A stretch of 64,000 nucleotides of DNA from an uncultured Steroidobacteraceae bacterium (GCA_964508005.1 CAZDTG010000002.1:41307-105306), one strand, 5' to 3'; counted from the first letter of the stretch, positions 9,675 to 18,687 are shown. Made by a program: numbers and translations. The notes: a model not told the origin generated them from the sequence alone.

Positions 9675-9704
9675 CATATGTGTTAGGTTGTCCCACATAT
9701 GGAA
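9675..9704 (+). promoter_or_regulatory. Conserved leader motif/inverted repeat embedding the start codon of cassette copy A
   Basis: CATATGTG-N11-CACATATG is a perfect 8-bp inverted repeat, and the ATG at 9699 lies in the right arm. The 26-nt TGTGTTAGGTTGTCCCACATATGGAA matches 38697-38722 at 24/26 positions. No Shine-Dalgarno sequence is visible. Confidence 0.4.
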
Positions 9705-10502
9705 ACGGAACCCGCATCGTCAAGCCAGGCGCTGGCGGCGAGCCGCCAGTGGCTGCGGCCTCTGGTCAATGTATTGCTCCGGTGTGGCATCACCTGGCGC
9801 GAATTCGCGGAGCTTGCAAAGTCGGTGTACGTCGAGGTGGCCACGCAACGGTTCGGCAAGCGCGGCCGTCCCACGAACGTATCGCGCACCGCGGTCCTTA
9901 CCGGCCTGGCGCGGCGGGAAATACGCAGGCAGCGCGAACTGATCGAGGCAGGGCCGCAACCTCTGACGGGCTACGTCACGAAGGGCTCGCTGGTGCTGTC
10001 TGCCTGGCATCTCGATCCGCAGTTCCTCGATGCGGCGGGCAAACCGGCGCTGCTGCCCCTCGAGGGCGACGGCGCCTCGTTCGCGACATTGCTGCGGCGC
10101 TGTGGGGCAGGGGACGTGCGGCCCTCGACCCTGTTGAAGGAGCTGCGCAGCGCAGGTGCCGTCCGCAAGACGGCCGACGGGCGCCTCGAAGCGCTGCAAC
10201 GCATCTACATCCCACACACGATGGATGAGCAGCTCATTCGCTTGTGGGGCACGGTGCTCGCCGATGTCGCAACCACGTACGCTCATAACCTCACTCGCGA
10301 GAGGAAGCCTGCACGCTTCGAGCGCGCGGCGGTCAACGATCGGGTGCGCGCCAGCGCATTGCCTGAATTCCGGCAATTCCTCGATCAGGAGGGCCAGGCA
10401 TTTCTCGAGCGGCTCGACGCGTGGCTGACGCAGCACGAAGCGAAAGATGACTCGGACGCCACCATCCGCCTGGGCGCTGGCGTGTACCACATCGAGGACT
10501 GA
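9699..10502 (+). CDS. Uncharacterised 267-aa protein with N-terminal HTH-like segment (cassette gene 1, copy A)
   Basis: METEPASS...WREFAELAKSVYVEVATQRFGKRGRPTNVSRTAVLTGLARREIRRQRE... It has a clear paralog at 38717-39517. Coding is supported by conservation between copies with mostly synonymous or conservative differences. Confidence 0.8.
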   Translation: METEPASSSQALAASRQWLRPLVNVLLRCGITWREFAELAKSVYVEVATQRFGKRGRPTNVSRTAVLTGLARREIRRQRELIEAGPQPLTGYVTKGSLVLSAWHLDPQFLDAAGKPALLPLEGDGASFATLLRRCGAGDVRPSTLLKELRSAGAVRKTADGRLEALQRIYIPHTMDEQLIRLWGTVLADVATTYAHNLTRERKPARFERAAVNDRVRASALPEFRQFLDQEGQAFLERLDAWLTQHEAKDDSDATIRLGAGVYHIED

Positions 10503-10527
10503 GATCCGCATACAGGGCGGCCACGTT

Positions 10528-11946
10528 ATGTATAGGACTTTGACGATGAATCGCACGGGCGCCTTGATCCTGACGGTCGCGGCATTGCTGCTGGCAGCTT
10601 GCGGCGGCTCGGCGATCACCGCCGGCATACAGGGATCGGGCAGCCCGGCGCCCGCGGCAGCGGTCGGCCCCATCACGGGGTTCGGCAGCATCTTCGTGAA
10701 TGGGGTCGAGTACACCACCTCCGGCGCGCAGATTCTCATCGATGGCCAGGCCGGCACGGAGACGCAGCTGCAAACGGGCCAGGTGGTCGCCATCACAGGC
10801 AGCGTGAATTCGGGCGGCACTACCGGCACGGCGACGCAGGTCACCTTCAACGGCGATGCGCAAGGGCCGGTGGCGCAGATCGATCTCGTGGCCAACACGC
10901 TGGTGATCCTTGGGCAGAAGGTGCAGATAACGGCCTCCACGTTGTTGGACGCTACGATTCAACCTGCGGACCTCACGGGCCTGCAGACAGGCACGATCGT
11001 CGAAGTGAGCGGATTGGCCGATGCCTCGGGGACGATCGTAGCCTCGCGGCTCGACGTCAAGCCTGCCGGCAGCACATTCCAGGTCCGAGGTGTCCTCCAG
11101 GGGCTCGACACCACGACTCACACCTTCCAGATCAACGGACTCACGGTCGATTACGGCTCCGCGACGCCAACAGGCACACTCGCGAATGGCAGTACCGTGC
11201 AGGTGCAGGGAGCGGCCGTGGGCTCCACGGGGACGCTTCTCGCGACACATGTGGAGATCCTGCCGGGGCTGGGGACCTCCACGAACGAGCGCGCGGACAT
11301 CGACGGGATCATTACGGCCTTCACCTCGACTGCCGATTTCGTCGTTCAGGGCGAACACGTCACGACGGATGCCAACACACAGCTCGTGCTGCACGGCGTG
11401 AGCCTCGGCGTGAACATCGAAGTCGACGTGCAGGGGCAATTCAACTCGGCGGGGATGCTGCAGGCAACGAAGGTCGAGACGAGGCCGCGCAGCATGAGTC
11501 TCGTGCGCGGTCCGGTCGACGCGGTGAGCGCTTCCGGCCTGAGCATTCTCGGAGTCACCATCGTGACGAGCGCGTCGACGGGGCTCGAGGACAGGTCGAA
11601 CCAACACCTGCGGCAGCTCCGGCTGACCGATCTGCACGTCGGAGATTACGTCGAGGCCGATGGGACCGAAGGCCCGCCCGGCACGCTCGCCGCGGCGATC
11701 CTCACGCGCGAGAACACCAACTCCCGCGTTTATCTGCAGGGCCTCGCAGGCAATCTCGCGCAGCCCAGCTTCACCGTGCTCGGGGTCGGGGTGACCACCA
11801 CGTCGCAGACCCGGTTCGCCGGCCCCGGCGGAGCAGCTGGTGGCGCGGCAACGTTCTTCGCCCAGGCGGCGAACCGCATCGTCAAGGTGAGCGGGGTGTT
11901 CTCGAACGGAGTGCTCACGGCCGACCAGGTGCAGATCGAACAGTAG
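10528..11946 (+). CDS. Repeat-rich lipoprotein, about six tandem beta-type modules (resembles DUF5666-type repeats) (cassette gene 2, copy A)
   Basis: Signal peptide plus lipobox MYRTLTMNRTGALILTVAALLLAAC. The motif GFGSIFVNGVEY is followed by repeated ...G.VVEV.G.....G.I.A..V... modules. An alternative ATG is at 10546. The paralog is at 39550-40977. Confidence 0.8.
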   Translation: MYRTLTMNRTGALILTVAALLLAACGGSAITAGIQGSGSPAPAAAVGPITGFGSIFVNGVEYTTSGAQILIDGQAGTETQLQTGQVVAITGSVNSGGTTGTATQVTFNGDAQGPVAQIDLVANTLVILGQKVQITASTLLDATIQPADLTGLQTGTIVEVSGLADASGTIVASRLDVKPAGSTFQVRGVLQGLDTTTHTFQINGLTVDYGSATPTGTLANGSTVQVQGAAVGSTGTLLATHVEILPGLGTSTNERADIDGIITAFTSTADFVVQGEHVTTDANTQLVLHGVSLGVNIEVDVQGQFNSAGMLQATKVETRPRSMSLVRGPVDAVSASGLSILGVTIVTSASTGLEDRSNQHLRQLRLTDLHVGDYVEADGTEGPPGTLAAAILTRENTNSRVYLQGLAGNLAQPSFTVLGVGVTTTSQTRFAGPGGAAGGAATFFAQAANRIVKVSGVFSNGVLTADQVQIEQ

Positions 11947-11949
11947 CCC

Positions 11950-13140
11950 TCAGCGAACCGCAGTTGGACGTTGCCTGCCGGCCATCTCACCCGGACGCGC
12001 CGCATCGCGTGCCGGTACGCCAGTTTCGAGAAAGGTCTTGAGGCGGACCAGGTCCTCATCGAGCTCTGTCTTCGGATCGGCCCCGAACAGCTTGACGACG
12101 ACATGTCCGAGCGCGCCTGCCGGCGGGGCGTACGTCATCTCGACGTGGAGCCGGGTGCCGGCTCCGGCTCTCTCGAAGCGGATGATGCCAGCGTGAGCTA
12201 CGGTGGAATTGGCGACGGTACGCCACGCGAGCAGCTCATACGGCTCACACGCGGTCGTCTCGGCATCCCACTCGACTGGGACACCCGCTGGTCCGGCTAC
12301 CACCCAATGCGAGCGTCCATCCGAATATCGGGTCACGCTCCGGACGTTCCGCATGAAGGCAGGGAAGTTTTCGTAATCGGCGAGCACCTCGAATACCTCC
12401 TCGATCGGCGCTTCGACGTGCATCGTCTTGCGGATGTCAATGGCATATCGATCGGTTATGCCGGCGAGCCGCCGGACCGGTGCGTTCGTTATGCTGCGTG
12501 CCAGAAGCAAACTCCCAACCGCGAGGGCAATGCCCCCGAGGAGGCCGCGATCCCGCGTACCGAGGATCTGGCGGGCCCCGATGAGCATGAGCCCGCCACC
12601 GCAGGTGCCGGCGAGCAGTCGCGCGGCCGGAGACCAGCTCGTCTGGGGCGGGCCGAAGCGGGACCCGCGCAGCGACCGCCCGCCCTGAAGCGACGGCACT
12701 CCCTCGGCACTCTCGTACACGGCCAGCTCATCCAGCGCTTCTCTGATACCGCGCACCGAGAGGACGACGTCCAATAGCGCTGCATGCTCGCGAGCGAGCA
12801 CTGCGCCGCTCAGCCTCACCCGTCCGTTTCGGGCCTCGACGTGAATCGCACCCGGGTGCGAAACGGCCCGCCCCAAGGCTGCGCGCACGCGCTCGACCAG
12901 CACCTCGTCAGTGGCCTTATCCGGTGTGAGCACCGAGCGCATACGCGCATCGATCCCTCGTGTCCGGTGCCAAAGATCCCGCCCGGCGACGCCGACACCT
13001 TCCGCGAGATCGCCAGCGGCGCTTCCCAAGCGGTCGCGCAGCAATGCGCGCCGCCGCCGGCCGGTCGCGGGATCCAACCAATACATCGCAGCGGCTCCCA
13101 AGGCCGCGCCGGCCAGGACTCGTGTGACGGGAGTTATCAT
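11950..13140 (-). CDS. BON-domain / membrane / SRPBCC (cyclase-dehydrase-like) fusion protein
   Basis: ATG 13140 has GGAGG upstream. The BON-like segment is VLVERVRAALGRAVSHPGAIHVEARNGRVRLSGAV. A hydrophobic span follows, then an SRPBCC-like C-terminus (VEAPIEEVFEVLADYENFPAFM...WRTVANSTVAHAGIIRFE). Confidence 0.7.
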   Translation of the reverse strand: MITPVTRVLAGAALGAAAMYWLDPATGRRRRALLRDRLGSAAGDLAEGVGVAGRDLWHRTRGIDARMRSVLTPDKATDEVLVERVRAALGRAVSHPGAIHVEARNGRVRLSGAVLAREHAALLDVVLSVRGIREALDELAVYESAEGVPSLQGGRSLRGSRFGPPQTSWSPAARLLAGTCGGGLMLIGARQILGTRDRGLLGGIALAVGSLLLARSITNAPVRRLAGITDRYAIDIRKTMHVEAPIEEVFEVLADYENFPAFMRNVRSVTRYSDGRSHWVVAGPAGVPVEWDAETTACEPYELLAWRTVANSTVAHAGIIRFERAGAGTRLHVEMTYAPPAGALGHVVVKLFGADPKTELDEDLVRLKTFLETGVPARDAARPGEMAGRQRPTAVR

Positions 13141-13246
13141 GCTCAGCCCCTCCGATGCGGGTCTCCAAGGACGTGCAGCGAGCTGAAGCAAGGTGCGCGC
13201 CCGACCTGCACGCGGTGACCGTGACCGTGTCGTTCCGAAAGGCGGC

Positions 13247-14080
13247 TCAGCGGCGCTGTGAGGCGGACGGTGCCGGATATGACGGTCCGGGTCGTCCGTC
13301 TTCATCCCAGCCGTGCTCGCCGATCAGCGGCACGAACGCGACACCGCCGAGATCCTCCTCCTGGTACGCCGTCTCGCTCAGCCGTGTGATCTTGCGTAGT
13401 GTTTGTCTGTACCGCTGCGCGCCGACCGGAATGATCAAGCGGCCGGCGCTTGCGAGCTGCTCCTTGAGCGCCTGGGGCACCTCGGGTCCACTCGCTGCGA
13501 CCAGAATGGCGTTGAATGGTGCGGCTTGCGGCCAGCCGCATGTTCCGTCCCCGACACGCAGCTCGACGTTGTCATACCCGAGTGTCGCGATCCGGCGTTG
13601 CGCCGCCTCGACGAGGACGGCATGACGCTCGATGCCGTAAACCCGCGTGACGATGCGGCTCATCACCGCCGTCGCGTAACCCGAGCCCGCGCCCACTTCC
13701 AACACGCGATCGGTGGGTTTCAGCTCGGCCGCCGCGATCATCAGGGCCACTATGTAGGGTTGCGAGATCGTCTGGCTCGCGTCGATCGGCAACGGGCCGT
13801 CCTCGTACGCGAGCTCCTCGAAGCCGGGCTCGACGAACAGCTCGCGGGGCACAGCCTGCATGGCTTCGAGCACGCGGGAGTCGCGCACGCCGCGGCCGGC
13901 GATCTGAATTTGCACCATTCGCTGGCGGGCGCGGCTGAAGTCCGGCACGTGGCATAGCTCCAGCGCAAGGCTGCGCGTCATCGGCTTGATGGCCACCTGA
14001 GCCGTTAAGCCTTCACCGGCCGGATTGTTCCCGGGCGGCCGCACTGCGGCGACCGTGCTGCAGCCGGAAGCTGCCTGCAT
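13247..14080 (-). CDS. pcm: Protein-L-isoaspartate O-methyltransferase
   Basis: Motifs TISQPYIVALM and VLEVGAGSGYATAVMS, followed by ...IPVG....Q.L. The start is ambiguous. ATG 14080 overlaps the upstream stop as TGATG; a shorter alternative uses ATG 13981. Confidence 0.85.
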   Translation of the reverse strand: MQAASGCSTVAAVRPPGNNPAGEGLTAQVAIKPMTRSLALELCHVPDFSRARQRMVQIQIAGRGVRDSRVLEAMQAVPRELFVEPGFEELAYEDGPLPIDASQTISQPYIVALMIAAAELKPTDRVLEVGAGSGYATAVMSRIVTRVYGIERHAVLVEAAQRRIATLGYDNVELRVGDGTCGWPQAAPFNAILVAASGPEVPQALKEQLASAGRLIIPVGAQRYRQTLRKITRLSETAYQEEDLGGVAFVPLIGEHGWDEDGRPGPSYPAPSASQRR

Positions 14081-14856
14081 CAGCTGTCGAAATGCGACTC
14101 CTGATGAAGGTTGGTGCTGCGCCACAGATACAAGGCGAGGAGGGGGCGTGCACCCGTCCGCATCGCGTGCGGCTCATCGCTCGCGTGATGGATTACGGCT
14201 CCCGGCAGGCGCTCCCGCCAGATTCCGTCACCGTTTTGCCATGACGCGGTGCCGGCTAACGGGATATAGATCTCCTCGGCTTCGTGGCGATGGCGGGGAT
14301 AAAAAGTCGCGGGTCCAAGGAGCAGGAAACCACACGCAAGCCGTTCGCTCGCGAGCGCGCCAGTCAGACCTGCGATCTCACTGTAGCCATAATTCTCCAG
14401 GAATTCGGCACCGGCCTGGGCAGCCGTGTAGGTCCGCCGCCACGCCATCCACGGTGCATCACGACAGATCTGTTCGACCAACTCGAGGCAGACAGCCGGT
14501 GCATCCGCCCGCGCCTCGGGGAGCCAGCGCAGGGCCGGTATGGGTGACGGCACGACCGTACGGCGCGCACCGGCAACCGGCCAGTCAGCGAGGTACGGAC
14601 CCAGCGCGGCCGCTTGCAGCGAGACGAGCAGCGCGTGCGTCCGTGCGATGAGATCCACGCGCCCAGGATCCGGGTCCATTGTTCCGTCCTGCGACTTGTC
14701 CGGCTGCGCATTCGCGGGTTCGAGGCGGGAGGTCTCGCGGGGAACCGCTGGACAGGTGGCGACTAACGCCGCCAGTGCGCCAATGCTCGTGAATCGCCGC
14801 CGTGCATCATGGACCATGTGTTGATCGTAGCACGCACGGTCCCGGGCTGGGCGCAC
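14080..14856 (-). CDS. Cupin-domain protein (HxHxxxxExY metal motif as in DMSP-lyase-type cupins)
   Basis: The sequence FYPRHRHEAEEIYIPLAGTASW...HHASDEPHAMRTG carries a cupin metal motif. The start is uncertain: GTG 14856, ATG 14817 (followed by an RRRF Tat-like motif) or ATG 14679. Confidence 0.6.
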   Translation of the reverse strand: MRPARDRACYDQHMVHDARRRFTSIGALAALVATCPAVPRETSRLEPANAQPDKSQDGTMDPDPGRVDLIARTHALLVSLQAAALGPYLADWPVAGARRTVVPSPIPALRWLPEARADAPAVCLELVEQICRDAPWMAWRRTYTAAQAGAEFLENYGYSEIAGLTGALASERLACGFLLLGPATFYPRHRHEAEEIYIPLAGTASWQNGDGIWRERLPGAVIHHASDEPHAMRTGARPLLALYLWRSTNLHQESHFDS

Positions 14857-14910
14857 GCCGAGTGCTCATCGTGCCGGGGGCTGCAGCGCCTGTGATATGC
14901 TCGCTCGATC

Positions 14911-17151
14911 GTGACCAACGGCTCCCGGCTCCTGTGGCTCTGGCTATCGCTGGCCTGCGCCACCCTTCATGCTACGGACTCCTACGGCGATGTTACGCCG
15001 GTGGATTGGGTCAACACCTACATTGGCACCGGCGGCTCGAGCGACGGGCCGGACTACGGCGGAACCATGCCCTTGGTCACCACGCCGTTCGGAATGACCA
15101 ACTGGACCGCGCAAACCCGACAGAACCGCATCAGCGTGAGCTCGTACGCGTACGAGGACAACACGATCTCGGGATTCATCGGCACGCATCAGCCCGCTAT
15201 CTGGATGGGCGACTATGGTTACGTGACGTTGATGCCCGAGACTGGAGTGGTCCAACCGGCCGTTGAATACCGCCGGCGGCCGTTCTCGCATGCCGACGAA
15301 GTCAGCACGCCGTATTACTATGCGGTGAAACTGGGCGCGAATTCCCGTCATCCCATCACGACGGAGATCACCGCGACCGATCATTGCGGCTATCTGCGTT
15401 TTACATTTCCCGCCGGCGCGCAAGGAAGTGTGCTCGTCGAGGCAACGCGAGCGGGTACCGCGGGCTACGTAGCGGTCGATGCGGGCAGGAGGGAGATCGT
15501 GGGCTACAACCCCGATCGCATGGATGCCTACCTGAGCTCGCTGAAACTGCCGAACTTCAAGGGTTATTTCGTCGTGCGCTTTCGCCAGCCCTTCCACGGC
15601 CAGGGGGTGTATCAGGGCGTGCTGCCGGTATCGGACCAGGTCTCGGTAACAGGGGACGCCGTCGGCGCGTTCGTCCAGTTCGATACGCGGGCGAGTCCGG
15701 TCGTCGAAGCGCAAGTGGGAACGTCTTTCATCAGTATCGAGCAGGCACGCGCCAACCTCGACGCGGAGCTGCCGGCCTGGGATTTCGCGGCAGTGCGCGA
15801 TGCCTTGAAGAACTCCTGGAACGAGAAGCTCGGCATTGCTGCCATCGATGGCGCGAGCGACGACGAGAGGCACATCTTCTATACCGGCCTCTATCATGCG
15901 TTGCTGTATCCAAAGCTGTTCTCGGAGCACGGCCGGTACTACAGCGCCTTCGACGACCAGGTGCATGACGGCATCTCGTACACGGCGTTCTCGATCTGGG
16001 ACACATTCCGCGCCGCGAACAGCTTGCTGACGTTGATCGCTCCCGAGCGCATCGACGGGATGATCAACGCGCTGCTGCAGGACTATCGCGAGGGCGGTTG
16101 GCTGCCGAAGTGGCCAAATCCGTCCTATACCAACATCATGATCGGCACGCACGCCGACTCCCTGATCGCGGAAGCCGTCAACAAGGGCTTCAAAGGCTTC
16201 GACTACCGCCTGGCCTATGCGGCCGTGTACAAGGACGCCATGGTTCCGCCGGACGGGGACGGCACCCGACGCTGGCTCGACCGGGAGCCGGACGTGCCCT
16301 ACGAAGCGCGGGCCGGACTGATATACGCGCGCCAGCTTGGCTACATTCCCGCGGACAAGGTTTCCGAATCCGCATCCAGCACGCTGGAGGAGAGCTACGA
16401 TGATTTCGCGGTGGCGCAGGTTGCCCGGGCAGTCGGCAAGCACAGCGACTATCGCTTCTTTTTGCAGCGCTCGGGGAATTACCGCAACCTCTTCAATCCG
16501 GCGCGCGGCTTCATGCAAGCGCGCAATTCCGACGGCTCATGGGCCAGTCCCGAGGCCGGTTGGACCGAAGGCGACCAGTGGGTTTATCTCTTCGCGCCGC
16601 TCCACGACATCCCGGGGGTCATGGCGCTGTTGGGTGGCGAGCAGGCTTTCAATGCCAGGCTGGATGCGCATTTCGACGGCGGGCACAATCAGCACGACAA
16701 TGAGCCGAGTCATCACTACGGCTACCTGTACGATTTCGGCGGGCAGCCGTGGAAAACGCAGGCCAGGGTGCGACAGCTCGCGCGCACGGCGTATTCCAAC
16801 TCGCCGTCGGGCATTCTCGGCAACGAAGACTGCGGGCAGATGTCGGCGTGGTATGTCTTTACCGCGCTGGGACTCTATCCCCTCAACCCCGCCTCGGCGC
16901 GGTACATGATCGGCAGTCCGCTGTTCACCCGGGTGAGCTTGAAGCTGCCGAACGGCAGGCATTTCGAGATCCTGGCGCCGAACAACTCGGCCGACGACGT
17001 CTACATCCAATCCGCCAGGCTGAACGGCAGGACACTCGCGGTACCCCTCATCACCCATGCGCAGATCGAGGCGGGCGGCAGGCTCGAGTTCGTCATGGGT
17101 CCGCGGCCCTCGAAGTGGGCCTCGGGCTGGCGGGCAAAACCGCTGCATTGA
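14911..17151 (+). CDS. Glycoside hydrolase family 92 (alpha-mannosidase-like)
   Basis: 746 aa with a signal-like N-terminus. It contains NTYIGTGGSSDGPDYGGTMPLVTTPFGMTNW and GNEDCGQMSAWYVF, which are typical of GH92. Confidence 0.9.
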   Translation: MTNGSRLLWLWLSLACATLHATDSYGDVTPVDWVNTYIGTGGSSDGPDYGGTMPLVTTPFGMTNWTAQTRQNRISVSSYAYEDNTISGFIGTHQPAIWMGDYGYVTLMPETGVVQPAVEYRRRPFSHADEVSTPYYYAVKLGANSRHPITTEITATDHCGYLRFTFPAGAQGSVLVEATRAGTAGYVAVDAGRREIVGYNPDRMDAYLSSLKLPNFKGYFVVRFRQPFHGQGVYQGVLPVSDQVSVTGDAVGAFVQFDTRASPVVEAQVGTSFISIEQARANLDAELPAWDFAAVRDALKNSWNEKLGIAAIDGASDDERHIFYTGLYHALLYPKLFSEHGRYYSAFDDQVHDGISYTAFSIWDTFRAANSLLTLIAPERIDGMINALLQDYREGGWLPKWPNPSYTNIMIGTHADSLIAEAVNKGFKGFDYRLAYAAVYKDAMVPPDGDGTRRWLDREPDVPYEARAGLIYARQLGYIPADKVSESASSTLEESYDDFAVAQVARAVGKHSDYRFFLQRSGNYRNLFNPARGFMQARNSDGSWASPEAGWTEGDQWVYLFAPLHDIPGVMALLGGEQAFNARLDAHFDGGHNQHDNEPSHHYGYLYDFGGQPWKTQARVRQLARTAYSNSPSGILGNEDCGQMSAWYVFTALGLYPLNPASARYMIGSPLFTRVSLKLPNGRHFEILAPNNSADDVYIQSARLNGRTLAVPLITHAQIEAGGRLEFVMGPRPSKWASGWRAKPLH

Positions 17152-17301
17152 TGCGCGCGAGCGCTCGCTTCGCCTGAGGCAACGCTCGGTCACGGCTCAG
17201 CATGTCTTCACGGTTGCCGCTGCCGCGGGTTCCTGAAATCATTCTGCAGCCGCCGCCTCGCCTGGCTGTCTCCCCGTTACACATTCCCGGACGATCACGT
17301 C

Positions 17302-17976
17302 ATGACAATCAGACCCGTCTTCATCTTCGATCTCGACGGCACGCTGGTGGACAGCGTCTACGAGCACGTGCTGGCCTGGCAGGAGGCGCTCAATGAGGAG
17401 GGCATCGAGCTGTCCGTGTGGCGCATCCATCGCAAGATCGGCATGAGCGGCGGCCTCTTTACCAACCAGTTGTTGCGCGAGACCAAGGTGGACATCACCG
17501 AGGACCGCATCGAGCGCCTGCGGCAACTGCATGCGCGGGCCTATCGGCGGCTGTCCGGGAAAATTCGCCCGCTTCCGGGAGCACGCGAGCTGCTGCTCAC
17601 CTTGACGCAGGCCGGTATTCCGTGGGCCATTGCGACCAGTGGGCGCATGGAGACCGCGGCACCCAACCTGTCGGCGCTGGGTGTGGATCCGGCCAACGCG
17701 GTCGTGATTACGCGGGATGACGTCAAATACGCGAAGCCGGATCCCGATCTGTTCCTGGCGGCGGCGGCCAGATTGAACGCGCCGATCGCAACCGCCGTGG
17801 TGGTTGGGGACAGCATCTGGGACATGCTCGCCGCGCGGCGCTGCCTGGCACTGGGGGTGGGCCTGCTGTCCGGAGGGTACGGCCTCGACGAGCTCGAGCG
17901 CGCGGGCGCCTACCGGGTGTACGAGGATCCCGCCGACATGTTGGATCATCTCGATGAGGTGGGCGGGCGCCGTTGA
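17302..17976 (+). CDS. HAD-superfamily hydrolase (phosphatase-like)
   Basis: Motif I is IFDLDGTLVDS. The later motifs are ATSG and VGDSIWDM. Confidence 0.85.
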   Translation: MTIRPVFIFDLDGTLVDSVYEHVLAWQEALNEEGIELSVWRIHRKIGMSGGLFTNQLLRETKVDITEDRIERLRQLHARAYRRLSGKIRPLPGARELLLTLTQAGIPWAIATSGRMETAAPNLSALGVDPANAVVITRDDVKYAKPDPDLFLAAAARLNAPIATAVVVGDSIWDMLAARRCLALGVGLLSGGYGLDELERAGAYRVYEDPADMLDHLDEVGGRR

Positions 17977-17983
17977 GCCGGCG

Positions 17984-18415
17984 TCAGGAATCTTCCGGGC
18001 TGAGCACGACGCTGGAGAACCAGACGTCCTGCCAGCGCTTCACCTTGTCGGTCTGTGCCAGCAGCTTGGGTGAGACAGGCTGCTCCGCACCGAAGACTGT
18101 CGGACCGTCCACGATCTTTGCGTTGACCGTGCCATAGAGTCGTGGGTCATCGCGGTACAGAGCGCCGATCAGAACTCCGCAATTCCCGCAGAGCAGCAGC
18201 TCCGCCGTGCCGCTTCCCTGGCGGTACGTGCGCCAATTGCGCTCCGCCTTGATCCGAATATGGAGCGACCCTGCGGGATCGGACACGTAGGCCGCCCCGT
18301 GTTTGCGGCAAAAATCGCAGTCACAAGCTCGCGGGCTGTACGTGATCGGGGGGCGCGAGAGCTCCAGTTTCACTAGAATGCTGCCGCAGTGACATCCGCC
18401 GCTCGCCTGGTGCAT
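17984..18415 (-). CDS. GFA/CENP-V family Cys-rich protein
   Basis: GGCHCGS...CDCDFCRKHGAAY...CGNCG zinc-binding Cys pattern. ATG 18415 is preferred over the longer track ORF. Confidence 0.75.
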   Translation of the reverse strand: MHQASGGCHCGSILVKLELSRPPITYSPRACDCDFCRKHGAAYVSDPAGSLHIRIKAERNWRTYRQGSGTAELLLCGNCGVLIGALYRDDPRLYGTVNAKIVDGPTVFGAEQPVSPKLLAQTDKVKRWQDVWFSSVVLSPEDS

Positions 18416-18687
18416 GACGCTGACCGACCATCCACGACTGTCGCAAACACTACGCCCGCCGCAGCGCGGGTGCAATCCGGCGGCCGGCATGGCGGCAGGG
18501 TCCAGCCCTCTCTTGTTTTGCGTGGGAGTTAAAAGTATTGCATACGGATATCATGCCCCTTAATCTGCGCTCAACGGCAGGGGAGCATCGCCGGCGACCT
18601 CGGGAACGCCGCCGCCAGCGGCGGCCGTGAGTACCGGGCCGGTGGGGGCGCGACGGGTGTTCCGGCCTCGCGAGCAAGGCGGTTAGA

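Larger units (their letters stand above)
9679..11946 (+). repeat. Cassette copy A (leader motif + 267-aa gene + lipoprotein gene), paralogous to 38697-40977
   Basis: Both encoded proteins align end to end with those of copy B. By eye, identity is about three quarters of residues for the first protein and about two thirds for the second. Orientation and spacing are the same in both copies. Confidence 0.85.

Noticed and set aside
9720-12041. Long ORFs overlapping cassette copy A: 9720-10940 (-, 406 aa), 10333-11637 (-, 434 aa), 10599-12041 (+, 480 aa)
   Set aside because: Their translations are Arg/Pro/Gly/Ala-rich low-complexity strings, typical of wrong-frame reading of GC-rich coding DNA. 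They fully overlap ORFs whose products are conserved between the two cassette copies.
14944-16518. 524-aa minus-strand ORF inside the GH92 gene
   Set aside because: It is antisense to a gene with strong GH92 motifs and has a low-complexity Arg-rich translation.
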